Assembly (NCBI GenBank): GCA_017499595.2
Contig: CM039002.1
Location: forward strand, 3,534,001 to 3,598,000
Source: Psilocybe cubensis
Lineage: Eukaryota
DNA length: 64,000 nt
Reading direction: 5' to 3'
Shown here: in pieces, positions 49,060 to 61,870 of the stretch
Layout: each line of letters starts with the position of its first letter
Numbering within the stretch: position 1 is the first letter of the stretch
Made by a program: the position numbers and the translations under genes
Notes under the pieces: model-generated
Seen by the model: the letters and a program-made list of their open reading frames with translations, nothing else
Database searches by the model: none
Told to the model about the DNA's origin: nothing

Positions 49060-51300
49060 CTATGATGGTGAGGGTTACGGGTTACGGGTTACGGGTTACG
49101 GTGACAGTGTTGGTGTCGATGTTGATATTGGTGTTGATGTTGGTGTTGGTGTTGGAGAAGAAGGAGGGAGGAAGGTACAAAGGAGGTCAAGTCAGCGGCA
49201 GCGGCAGATGGAGAGTTGAAGCGGCGTAAGGCGGTCTGCTGGCGCAGGGTACTTGAATCCTTCCTTCAACTTCTTTACTTTTCATACCTTTCATACTTTT
49301 CATACTTTCCGTACTCGAGTGTTGAAAACGTTGAAAGTTGACCGAGACCGAGGTTGATCCAAATCCAACCCGATGGAGATGAATCTGATTCCGAGTCAGC
49401 TGAACCTGAGCGCTGAGCTGCTGGTGGAAACCGTACCCTGGCTCGCATACATTGCGGTAAATATATATATCATCCAGTTGAGTGTGACAGGACCCACGCA
49501 TCGTCACTGTTAACCTCAGCGATGGTGTTTTTCTGCGGTTTTTCTGCGGTGAAGTCAATATTCTCACGGTACTGTAACAATCACTCATCAAATGCCTGGG
49601 ATTGCTCACTGGGTACGTACCCATGCCTTTTTAGGTAGCGGGTACAGTACCCACTGGGTACTGGGTACGTACCCATACCTTTTTAGGTAGCGGGTACAGT
49701 ACCCACTGGGTACTGGGTACTGGGTACTGGGTGCGTACCTGGTACCCACTGGACGTACCCGCACAACACTGGTTGAAAACTAAGTACTAAGTACTAAGTA
49801 CTAACATCTTTGCTTGCTAGTTTGATGTACCCGCCGCTACCGCCTATTCGCATGCTGGAGCACGTTCACGCTCATCAGCGTGCTGCAGTGTAGATAATGC
49901 CAATGCCAATGTAAGACAGAACGCCCGCGAGCTTCGCAGCCCGCGTCGCGCCCCATCTCTCAAAACACCGCCGCTTCTGAATCGCGCCCGTCTCTGAAGC
50001 TTACTCCCAACCACCACCACAGTCCCAGCCACTATCAGAACCAAACACACATCGCGCAGTATCCGACCGAGTTCGAACTTCGGGATAGGTATCATGGGCA
50101 TGGGCATGGGCATGGGATGGTTCGCAGTAATGAACCCCATCCCCACCGTCCCCGCGCCCACATCCACATCCACATCTACATCCAAACCGGCCTCAGCGTC
50201 AAAACCAACTAAACTCCCCGCGCGGCGCGTCGTCTCGACTGACTCCAGCGCTCTCACCGGCACAGGCACAAGCAAAGACGCGCGCGCACCCGCACCGAGT
50301 CGGCATCGATCTCCTCCTCCGCCTCAACGTGGGTCTTTTGGGCCTGACGAGGAGAATGAAGATGAGGGGGAGGGGGGTGGTGAGACGCACTCCCACACGC
50401 ACTCGGAAGAAGACAGGGACGACGAAGAGGGTGAGGGAGAGGAGGACCCGGAGAAAGCGAAGCTGCGTGAAGAGCCAGACCATTCGACTGCTAGCGAGGG
50501 TGCAGGCGCGGGTGGAACGGTTTTGAGTGCCGGCGCGGGGAGAGAGCCGCTTAGGGGTACGGGGACGGGGCCTGTGGGCGCTGATGTCTCTGCTGGCGGT
50601 GCTGGTGCTGGTGCTGCTTCCGGAGGAGGGGGGAAGAAGAAGAAGAAGAGTAAGAAGGGGAAGGGCGGGAAAGGTGCTTCTGCTTCTGCTTCTGCTCCTG
50701 CTCCTACTGCATCTGCGGCGGACCAGGCGCCTGCGTCTGTAGCTACGCCGTCACCCGCACCCGAGTCCAAAGAGAAGGATAAAGAGAAGGAGAAAAAGGG
50801 TAGTGGTGGTGGAGGAGGAGGCGGGGTGGGATGGATGGGCGGGATCGCGCAGAGCGTTGGGAACGCTATCAAAGGTACCACTGGGACCGGTGGAAGTGGT
50901 GCAAAGACACCGCAGGGCAAGGTCGCTGCGTAAATTGTAATTTATCCCGAGGTGAGCTGAGCTTTCGTTTTCATGAGCAAATGGTGATGTGGACGTACGC
51001 GTGCTGATGCGGATACCGTGTAGTATCTTGTCAATGGTTCTGGTTCCAGATTGTATTCATATCGTTTAATCGACTTTTCATTCTCGATCCGTCTTAATCT
51101 GTCTCTGGAGTCTGGAGTCTGGATGTACGCTTTCTCATCTTCGGACTTGTTTGTGGTTTACTTTACTCAACGGACCGTGTTGGACCGTTCATTAACTTTA
51201 TTCATTACCTTATCTCGTCTCGCTGTATGCTCGCCTGGACGATTAATTTGTTGTATTTGTATGTATATTCTTAGTGTGTTTTTTGTACCGTTTTGTGTGT
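49060..51300 (+). pseudogene. Inverted partial duplicate of the SLM1-like 3' exons and 3' UTR
   Basis: ORF 50094-50933 is a near copy of 40107-41138. Upstream parts carry stops (49216, ~49995), and no BAR/PH exons are present. Confidence 0.85.
49605..49771 (-). mobile_element. Probable single end of a DNA transposon (hAT-like) with GGGTAC subterminal repeats
   Basis: On the minus strand it begins CAGTGTTGTGCGGGTACG..., followed by dense GGGTACT/GTACCC motifs and a ~53-bp duplication; no matching second end seen. Confidence 0.4.
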
Positions 51301-52906
51301 GTATCTATCTGATAATTTATTGTTGTTTGAATGTTCGATGGGAAGGTACAATAGGCAGTGCTCCACCTCGATTGAATTGGTGCTTTGGTGCTGTCAGAAG
51401 GGTGAAAGGTTTCGACAAGCCCGAGGCCTTGATCTCTGAATCCATCAAAGATTTCAAGCGGAGATTGAATGACTTCTGTCCTCCACAGTGAACTATGCTA
51501 CTTTGTATGTACTTAGGCGTTGCAATAGATGTCACTCTCAACAGGCGTACCAGATCCATTCATCTAGAATCAGACACATATGAGCTGGCTTCTAACACAC
51601 ATACCACACCACGTAGCTTACACTGACTCCCTCGCATCCACCTCCACTTCCACAAAAACTACCCTTCAGCTTGAGATTCCCACATCATTTTATTTGTCCG
51701 CCTCATGTCTCCATACCCATGCGCTTGTAGATGCTGCTATTGTGCACGTACGTGTGTAGACCAAACTTCTATAAGAATCTGTAGGAACTCTGTGTTTACG
51801 TGCCTAAAAGAACTCATCAGAAGAATGTTCCATAATCTAACCGGCCAATTTGTTTCTCTTGCCTGTCGTCGAGCTCAGAGGACAAGATCGTTACGTTGAC
51901 TGGCAACTTCACGGAAAGCTCCGACCGTAGCGCCTTTCTAGGTCTGACAGACCTGAGCAATGACAGTGGGAATTGACGGTATCGTAAGTGTTTAGGCATT
52001 GTATTCTCCGGTAATATTGAGTTACGCGATCCCGATAAAGGTAAATCGACATCGAGGCTCGATTAAACCTCCATACAGCAACTGAATTAGTTATCTTGGT
52101 GTTTCCCTGTATTTCCATTGAGTACGTATGTGAGAATGCAAGTACTGAGAACGAGTAGGAGTTTCAATTCCGCAGCTTGCGTTGACAGAAGCTAACATAG
52201 CCGAGTAAAAGTCGACACTTGACATTTTTTTGGACCGCGATAGGTAGTATATGAAATCGATGGCGGTCCGAATAATATGGACAAGGCATTTTATGACATG
52301 GGGATTAAATTTGATTGCGGTAGATGATTAGATCCGCCAGCCAGATTCCTTGGGAAAATTCCGCCTGCCAGATAATTGCATGGTATATTATCAATTATTA
52401 TCAAATTAGACTAACTAACGTGGTGCTTTAAATCACCGTAGGTCATTGTGACAATTACCAGGCACAGCACAAGATAATATACCGGCCTTCTCTAGGATTA
52501 TTAAAGTTTAAAGATGATCTATTACGTCACATGTGAGGTCCAGATTGACAACTAGCTCCGGTGAGAGACAACTATGTAGATGTTATTGGGACTAGGCTGA
52601 ATGGTTAGGGGAACGCAGGATGAATTGCTTGGATATCTCAACGGTTTTTTGTTATATGTCCAGAAAATGCCAGTAAGATAATTGTTTTGTCACAAATAGG
52701 ACGATTGGTGCGATATAAAAAGAATTTTTTATGGAATTTTGTAAGTATGACAATTTGACGCAGTGGTTTAACGTGCACCATGGGCACACGACAGAAAAAA
52801 CTGTATTGGTCTAAGTCAAGTAATGAGCCAATAGCAATGACACATTGTTGGTGACGTCTTACCTCTGAACCCAGTGGTAGAGCTATGTATATCTATCCCA
52901 AGATAC

Positions 52907-53531
52907 TCAGACAAATCTGAAGGTAACCAATGTATCAGGAATCGAATTTAAACAACCAGTCCAGGTAAAATATACGTACGGGAGTGGGACAATCCGGACA
53001 TCTTTCTTGGTGTAGTGCTTTCCTAGGATATTAACATCAATATCAATGGCAAGCCATTTCTTCCCGTTATATGGTATCAGGTGAAGCGTAAGTAATCCGG
53101 AGATTAATTTGCTGGAACCAATCTTCAGGGTAATTCCGTCGTTTAGGTTCCCTTTGATGCTTCCCAATTTTACCTCTGGGAAAATTGGAACTTTGATGGA
53201 GACTGTAAAATCGCAGGTGCCATTTTGAAAATTGATGGTGCCGCGTAACTTTGAAGCAGAGAAACAGTGTGTAATTGCATACCTTGAGGATAGCGGGTCC
53301 AATCGGTATATCAGTATTGAGCTCCCACAGTTCCACGTTCTGTGGATCTAATGCGGGGGGGCCAAAGAGGGAGAATGCATGATATTCGTCAGTGACAGCA
53401 AGGTGGCTATCAATCCACTTGTGAATTGGATGATCGTCTAGAGAAAATAATATCCAGATATGTATCAGATGCATGGATAGAAACGCGAAAGACACCATAA
53501 GATGTTGCTACATACCGGGGATGGAAGACAT
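52907..53531 (-). pseudogene. Left-arm copy of a ~150-aa hypothetical beta-rich protein gene; intron 2 shrunk to 34 nt
   Basis: Same exons as 56124-57881, but a 29-bp deletion between TGCT microhomologies removes the GCTGAT branch-site candidate of intron 2. Confidence 0.6.
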
Positions 53532-54496
53532 GATTTACTCAGGAGACACGGTCTGAATTGGTGAAACAGGTATGTTTCTTGGGGTGTAATCTAGAAATTT
53601 CACCACTATTTATCCAAAATTTGGGCTCTGCAATTGACATGATGTCCACTCGTATACAGGGGAGCGATGGATGAGTGCTGACAGGAGCCAAACAGTAACT
53701 CATGTCGATAAAGCTGTTATTGCCACGATCCAGGACATTGTTTGTAACCGGGGAGTTTTCATTTGCGTAATGGATGGAACCTCTCTGGGAAGTCATGTAT
53801 TGTTTAGCGTATATTTCCGCTTCCCATGTCAGACAACTCACTGCTTTCCTGGAAGCCTTGTTTATCATTCAAATACAGGTGTTTGTAGCCGGAGATTTTT
53901 CTTGCATCTTGCATGTAACTTCTAAAAACTCATGTCAATAAAGCTGTTATTGCCACGATTCAGGAAATTGTTTGTAACCGGGGAGTTTTCATTTGCGTTT
54001 CGCAGAGATGCAAAAGAGAAATCCCCGGTTACAAACACCTATATTCCACCAGACAACGTTTTTTTCACATCGACACGAGCACTGACAAAGTTTGAAATAC
54101 TAACCGCTTGTGAAAGCCATATTGTAAGCTAAATACAGCATTAATGCGTGTCTTGTCCGAGACAAGAGCTATGCTAGTAGCAGGTGTGTTAAGATTATAT
54201 ATGTCTGAAGTTGAGGTTATAGGTAGTCAATCCATTCTGTGTCAGATATACGCACAGGAAGGGTGTTTCATTGTCAATCTTTAATCTTTAATGTATATGA
54301 TAAGCTTAAACATTCGCTAAGCTGCTTCACGAGTAGTTACCCACCCCAAAACGGGGGACAAACAGCGGACGGCTAGCCATACGAATTCCCGGTTACAAAC
54401 ACTTGTATTCGAGGGATTCAAACAAATCTCTGAGGAAAGCTATGAATTGTCTGACAAACTTTGTCAGTGCTCGTGTCGATGTGAAAAAAACGTTAG

Positions 54497-55607
54497 TATG
54501 GCTGTCCGTTTGCACATTTAATACCAATATATAAACTTCTTGTCCCATACATATAAGTCATAATTGAATATAATTCCAAATACATACTTTGGTGTCCCGG
54601 TTATAGACAGATGGTTTGCAAACATAGAGGAAACCATCCTGGTTATTATTTTTGCATGCCCTCCAGTTTGAATGGAAGGTACACACATAGAAGTATGTAA
54701 ACCGTACATCAAAAACTTAGCACCACACTCTGTGACCCTCTCCGCATAATACCGCAACTTTTGTCCGAAGATATAGAGTTGTCAAGATGACTATCATGCG
54801 TGCCGTCCTTGCCGTACAAGCGTGGGAACTCAGCTTTCGTCCGGCTTTGCAGTGGAATTGCTACTTGTGAAGGATGTAGGACGGCCGTTGCAAGGTCAAA
54901 AAACTCTTTAGGAGTATTAATTTACACTCTTTACCAGTTTAAATGTGTGTATAGGCTATAAAGGCAAATTTATTGCAGAGTTATACCTGCAATCTTAACT
55001 TCAGGCCTTTTTAAGCCTTAGCACGGCGACTACGGGTGGCCAAAACACTCGTCAAAAGCTATAGAGACATGATATCTTTGTAATTAGGGTTAATACATGC
55101 AGATACCCACTTCTATTAGATATGTGAATCTTTTTCATTGCTCAATTAGTGTGTGTCGACAGGAACAGGCATGTACTGTTATTTGTCTCCTCATTTGCCG
55201 AGATTTGCCGAAGTCTCACGATGTCCAGGCAAGCACGGCATAGACACATGCCGAAAAACAACTATATATCTTCGGGAGGAAGAAAGGCAAAAGAAAGGTC
55301 AAATCACCCATACGGGGAACCTGCAGACATATGCAAGGAAGCAAAAATATGTATTAAAGGGCATGTTTGAACTCTCTAAAAGATTGTGCTTTGTATATGT
55401 GGGCACCAAAACTATATGTATGGTACTCAAAGTTGTATCTGAGGATGCAACCTGTAAATGTATGGACTCTGGATCTATATGTTCGGAAACCTCTTCTCTA
55501 TCTGCGGAAATAAGAGAAAATACTTATGGGAGCCTTACTTCTAAGATTTCTATGTATGGAACAAAAAGTTTATATATTGGTATTAAATGTGCAAACGGAC
55601 AGCCATA
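54497..55607. mobile_element. Non-autonomous TIR element (1111 bp), copy A
   Basis: Ends TATGGCTGTCCGTTTGCACATTTAATACCAAT / ATTGGTATTAAATGTGCAAACGGACAGCCATA with long imperfect inverted ends; absent from the mirror arm; no clean TSD. Confidence 0.88.
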
Positions 55608-56123
55608 GGAATATAGGTGTTTGTAACCGGGGATTTCTCTTTTGCATCTCTGCGAAACGCAAATGAAAACTCCCCGGTTACAAACAATTTCCTGAATCGT
55701 GGCAATAACAGCTTTATTGACATGAGTTTTTAGAAGTTACATGCAAGATGCAAGAAAAATCTCCGGCTACAAACACCTGTATTTGAATGATAAACAAGGC
55801 TTCCAGGAAAGCAGTGAGTTGTCTGACATGGGAAGCGGAAATATACGCTAAACAATACATGACTTCCCAGAGAGGTTCCATCCATTACGCAAATGAAAAC
55901 TCCCCGGTTACAAACAATGTCCTGGATCGTGGCAATAACAGCTTTATCGACATGAGTTACTGTTTGGCTCCTGTCAGCACTCATCCATCGCTCCCCTGTA
56001 TACGAGTGGACATCATGTCAATTGCAGAGCCCAAATTTTGGATAAATAGTGGTGAAATTTCTAGATTACACCCCAAGAAACATACCTGTTTCACCAATTC
56101 AGACCGTGTCTCCTGAGTAAATC

Positions 56124-57881
56124 ATGTCTTCCATCCCCGGTATGTAGCAACATCTTATGGTGTCTTTCGCGTTTCTATCCATGCATCTGATACATATCTG
56201 GATATTATTTTCTCTAGACGATCATCCAATTCACAAGTGGATTGATAGCCACCTTGCTGTCACTGACGAATATCATGCATTCTCCCTCTTTGGCCCCCCC
56301 GCATTAGATCCACAGAACGTGGAACTGTGGGAGCTCAATACTGATATACCGATTGGACCCGCTATCCTCAAGGTATGCAATTACACACTGTTTCTCTGCT
56401 CTCTCCGCTGATTGTGTTTGTGAAATGCTTCAAAGTTACGCGGCACCATCAATTTTCAAAATGGCACCTGCGATTTTACAGTCTCCATCAAAGTTCCAAT
56501 TTTCCCAGAGGTAAAATTGGGAAGCATCAAAGGGAACCTAAACGATGGAATTACCCTGAAGATTGGTTCCAGCAAATTAATCTCCGGATTACTTACGCTT
56601 CACCTGATACCATATAACGGGAAGAAATGGCTTGCCATTGATATTGATGTTAATATCCTAGGAAAGCACTACACCAAGAAAGATGTCCGGATTGTCCCAC
56701 TCCCGTACGTATATTTTACCTGGACTGGTTTATGGCTGTCCGTTTGCACATTTAATACCAATCATTAATCTTTTTGTCCCATACATATAAAGGACATTTT
56801 TACACAATGCCGATTATATATATTGGTGTCCCAATCACAGAGAACTAGCTTCCGAAGATAGAGGAAATCATCCCAATCATTGTATTTACAGGACCTTCAG
56901 CTTTAATGAAAGGTACGGACATATATGCATCTATCCCCTACATAGGAAATCTTATACCATACTTTGAAACCACCTCCCCATATATCTAACATTTTTTCCG
57001 AAGATATACAGTAGTTGAGATGACCATCGTGCGTGCCGTCACTGCCGAATCCGTGTGGGAATTATGTTGGTACCCCGCTTTGGGGTGGATAGCTACTCGT
57101 GGAGCAGCTAGGCGAGTGTTTTAAGTTCACAATATGGATTCAAAATTTCACGATTGACAAAAAAAACACCAAACCTGTGCGTATAGCTGACACTGAATAG
57201 GTTGACTACCTATAACCTCATTTTCAGGTGTATTTAACCTTAACCAAGCTTAACACATCCGCTACTAGCTGTCATCACAGCGCTTGGCTCAGAAAAGACA
57301 CGAAATAATGCTGTATTCAGCTTACATTGTAGCATTCACAATCGGTTAGTATTTGAAACTTTGTCAGTGCTTACTCTGCCAGTGTCAAGGTGAAAAAACA
57401 GCAATGTGCTGTGATTCGTCTGGCTGATTGCCGATATTTGCCGAATTCGCACGAAGGCAAGCTTGCCTCGGCATAAAAAAATGCCGAAAATCGCCTGTAT
57501 ATCTTCGGGACGACGACAGGTAAAATCTAAGATTGCCGGAACCAGTAGATATATGTGGGGGAGCAAAAAATGTATGAAAGGGCATGAGTTTTCTATGTAA
57601 GGGATTCTAATATATATATGTGGGCTCCAAAACTATATGTATGGTACTCAAAGTTGTACCTAAGGTTACAATATACAAATGTGTGGATATGGGATCTTTA
57701 TGATTGGAAGCCATTTTTCTATCTTCGGACACCATAAGATATACTTATCGGAAGACTTAGTCCAAGACTTCTAAGTATGGGACAAAAAGATTAATGATTG
57801 GTATTAAATGTGCAAACGGACAGCCATACTGGTTGTTTAAATTCGATTCCTGATACATTGGTTACCTTCAGATTTGTCTGA
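56124..57881 (+). CDS. Hypothetical ~150-aa beta-rich cytoplasmic protein; intron 3 carries a TIR element
   Basis: MSSIP|DDHPIHKWIDSHL..GPAILK|LRGTINF..KLGSIKGNLNDGITLKIG..RIVPLP|FV* with canonical splice sites. Confidence 0.75.
56731..57828. mobile_element. Non-autonomous TIR element (1098 bp), copy B
   Basis: Perfect TIR of ~54 bp; CTGGTT duplicated on both sides (56725-56730, 57829-57834); empty site visible in the left arm at ~52950-52965. Confidence 0.92.
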
Positions 57882-59532
57882 GTATCTTGGGATAGATATA
57901 CATAGCTCTACCACTGGGTTCAGAGGTAAGACGTCACCAACAATGTGTCATTGCTATTGGCTCATTACTTGACTTAGACCAATACAGTTTTTTCTGTCGT
58001 GTGCCCATGGTGCACGTTAAACCACTGCGTCAAATTGTCATACTTGCAAAATTCAATAAAAAATTCTTTTTATATCGCACCAATCGTCTTATTTGTGACA
58101 AAACAATTATCTTACTGGCATTTTCTGAACATATAACAAGAAACCGTTGAGATATCCAAGCACCTCGGACTTTCAATACATCCTGCGTTCCCCTAACCAT
58201 TCAGCCTAGTCCCAATAAAATCTACATAGTTGTCTCTCACCGGTGCTAGTTGTTAATCTGAAGACCTTACATGCGACGTAATAGATCATCTTTAAACTTT
58301 AATAATACTAGAGAAGGTTAGTATATTATCTTGTGCTGTGCCACGGTAATTTAAAGCACCATGTTCGTTAGTTAATTGGTACCGCTCACAAGAACTAATT
58401 TAATAATAATTGATAACATACCGTGCAATTATCAGGCGCAATTTTCCCAAGGAGTCTGGCTGGCGGGTGTACCGCAGTTAAATTTAATCCCCATGTCATA
58501 AAATGCCTTGCTTATTTTTGTCCATATTATTCGGACCGCCATCGATTTCATATACTACCTATCGCGGTCCAAAAAATGTCAAGTATCGACTTATATTCGC
58601 CTGTGTTAACTTTTGTCAACGCAAGCTGCGGAATTGAAACTCCTACTCGTTCTCAGTACTTGCATTCTCACATACGTACCCAATGAGAATACGGAGAAAC
58701 ACCAAGATAACTAATTCAGTTGCTGTATGGAGGTTTAATCGAGCCTCGATGTTGATTTACCTTTGTCGGGGCCGCGTAACTCAATATTCCCGGAGAATAC
58801 AATGCCTAAACACTTACGATACCGTCAATTCCCACTGACATTTCTCAGGTCTGTCAGACCTAGAAAGGCGCTACGGTCGGAGCTTTCCGTGAAGTTGCCA
58901 CTCAACGTAACAATCTTGTCCTCAGGCCTCGACGACAGGCAAGAGAAACAAATTGGCTGGCTAGATTATAGAACATTCTTCTGATGAGTTCTTCGAGGCG
59001 GACAAATAAGATGATGTGGGAGTCACAAGCTGAAGGGTAGTTTTTGTGGAAGTAGAGGTGGATGCGAGGGAGTCAGTGTGAGCTACGTGGTGTGGTATGC
59101 GTGTTAGAAGCCAACTCTGACTCAGACCAATACAGTTTTTTCTGTCGTGTGCCCATGGTGCACGTTAAACCACTGCGTCAAATTGTCATACTTGCAAAAT
59201 TCAATAAAAAATTCATTTTATATCGCACCAATCGTCCTATTTTGTGACAAAACAATTATCTTACCGGCATTTTCTGAACATAAAGCAACAAACCCTTGAG
59301 ATATCCAAGCACCTCGGACTTTCAATTCACCCTGCTTTTCCCTAACCATTCAGCCTAGTCCCAGTAATATCTACATAGTTTTCTCTCACCACCGCTGGTT
59401 GTCAATTTGAAGTCCTTGCATACTGCGTAATAGATCATCTTTGAACAATAATAGTCCTAGAGGAGGCCAGTATATTGTCTTGTTCTGTGCCTGGTGATTG
59501 TCACAATGGTGTCTTGGTACCGTCGTTCACAT

Positions 59533-61198
59533 GGGCATAGGAAAAAATAAGTGCAGCGCAAGTGCGCAAGTGCAAAACGTGCAAATGCAAGTGCACGGTG
59601 GCTGTGCTGCAGTGCAGTGCAAGTGCATTGCGAGTGCATGCGAGTGCACGGTGGCTGTGCTCAAGTGCAGTGCAGTGCGCGCGCAAGTGCAAACATAAAA
59701 AAAACGCAAATGCACAGTCCGTTATAGTACACAGTGTCATATACTTGATATACATGATATTTACATAGCTAATCAATGTTGTACCTAGGAGATTGAATAT
59801 TATTTCTTTGTTTTTGACTTCACTGCCTTCGCTGCAGTCCTATTTTCAGGGATAGGCCGTGGCCTAAGGTTTCTCTTCTCTCCTACTAGGCTCGGTGGGT
59901 CTTATAATTTTGACAGAGTTTGGGTTGGTAGGAATGATAGAAAAGCCATGTATCGTCTTAATAAGTAGAGTGAGACCTCCGTGAAGGGCCACCCTTTTCC
60001 ACTTTATAATAAAGTTGTCTGCCAGTGTTACATGAATGAATATCATCAGTCAACTGCCGTGAAAAATATCAAATAATAGTATATACTTACCTTTGATAGT
60101 ATATCTGCTGTAAAAATTATGGATAAAGTATTCCCAATCCAACTCTTCCGTTCTCAGACAGCTATCAATTGACGAAGGGATTGAACTAAGTCATTGTCAC
60201 GGTCTCTGATTCTAGACATGTCAAGCGTCAACCCCCAAAAAGCCTTCCATAGGCACGGTGACACTCGAGTACTATGAAGTAAACATAAGTGCATTCAAGT
60301 GCAATGTAAGTGTGTGCAAGTGCAGTGCAAGTGCACGCAAGTGCAATGCAAGTGCAATGCAAGTGCAATGCGAGTGCATGCAAGTGCAGTGCGAGTGCAT
60401 GAAAGTGCGCGCAAGTGCACGTGAGTGCACGCGAGTGCAGTGCAAGTGCACGCAAGTGCAGTGCAGTGCAAGTGCAGTGTAAAGCAAGTGCATGTGACGT
60501 AAATGTGACATAAATTAGAAGGTTATCGGAGACGAGTCAATTATTGTATAATTGCGAGCAGAATCCCCAGCTATAAGCATAATTTTTAATGTTACCCGAT
60601 TTCTTAATCCGAATAGCGGAAGTTTTAGCAGGCAGACATTGTTTTGCTTGATGTAGTACCTCATCATTGTAGAGAGAATATTCAAACTTATTTTTGATTT
60701 ATTTCGCCCCAAGGTGCCTAGAGAGAGTAAAAAACACTATTCGGGAGAATGGGTATACCACACAGACCGAAATATATAAGTTTTATGTTTTATTTTCCCA
60801 TACTCCAAGGCAGAAGGTGTATTTACAACGAGTTCATTGGTTCTTGTGACGACAGATCACAAGTCCGTGACAACACATCCCTGGCAGTGAAATGTGCCAG
60901 AAAATGGCGCACAAACTGTCTGAAGCAAATTTTAGAATAAATAGTCTAACAGAGGTAGTATTCAAAACTCATGCTAGAAGCCAAAATTGTTTATTTGCCT
61001 CAGACCTCAGTTGTACGAGCAAAACATGGCATGTTCTCCTCACTCGGCATGCACCGGCACCTTTGTCCCGAGGAAATAATTGTGACATATTCACACACTG
61101 TCACGCGCGATGCAAGTGCAGAGTTGCACTTGCATTGCACTTGCATGCACTTGCATGCACTTGCATGCACTTGCGTGCACTTATTTTTCTATTTGCCC
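59533..61198. mobile_element. Non-autonomous Mutator-like TIR element with TGCA-rich subterminal and internal arrays
   Basis: 9-bp TSD CGTTCACAT (59524-59532, 61199-61207); imperfect TIRs GGGCATAGGAAAAAATAAGTGCA / TGCACTTATTTTTCTATTTGCCC. Confidence 0.82.
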
Positions 61199-61207
61199 CG
61201 TTCACAT

Positions 61208-61870
61208 GCATCTCCCCCCCCTTCCACTTCCTCTTCATTGTCCTTGCCAGCCCCAAAAGAACCAGATTGAGGAGGAGGAGGTGAGAGGTGTCTACTCGGT
61301 GCACACGCATCTTTGCTCGTGGGAGAGCGGGCACGGTGGGGATGGTGTTCATAGTTGCGAGCCATCACATTCCCATGATACCTATTCACAAACTCGGTCG
61401 GCTACTGCTCGATGGTGGTTTGGATTGCGGTTCTGATCGTGGCTGGGACTGTGGTGGTGGTTGGGAGAAAGCTTGAGGGACGGGGCGCGATTACGCGCGT
61501 GACGCGGCATGTTCAGAGACAGGTCTCGACGAAGCGCGCGACACGGGCGTTCTGCTGCCGTTGCATTGACTTTGACATTATCCACAGGACGCTCATGAGC
61601 GTGAACGTGCTCCGGTATGAGAATAGGCGGGGGAGACGTCTACATTATAATCAAGCAAATATGTTGGTTTTAACACTCACAGTATGAAAAGTAAAGTAGA
61701 AGGAAGGAAGGACTCACCGCTTCACCCGCGCCACCAGACACCCGACGCCGCTTCAATTCTCCATCTGCCGCTGACAACCTCCGCTGTACTTTGCGCCCTC
61801 CTTCTTCTCCATCTCCATCTCCATCTCCATCTCCACCTACATCACCGTGATCCTCGTCCTCACCGTGTAT
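61208..61870 (-). pseudogene. Third, heavily degenerate fragment of the SLM1-like 3' exons
   Basis: Collinear similarity to 40640-41450 (e.g. CTCACCGCTTCACCCGC, GTGCTCCGG..AATAGGCGG) with indels and stops. Confidence 0.75.

Larger units (their letters stand above)
51581..59118. repeat. Large inverted repeat: arms ~51581-54094 and ~54456-59118, right arm carrying two 1.1-kb insertions
   Basis: Mirror ORFs 53539-53868 vs 55787-56116, 53671-53925 vs 55730-55984, 51817-51999 vs 58763-58984; near-identical centrally and more diverged outward. Confidence 0.93.

Noticed and set aside
58490..58984. ORF MPKHLRYRQF... conserved in both palindrome arms
   Set aside because: The conservation is explained by the duplication, and the upstream frame contains stops.
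59457..60511. Cys/His-rich metallothionein-like small ORFs
   Set aside because: They are translations of TGCA-rich transposon repeats and occur in all frames and on both strands.
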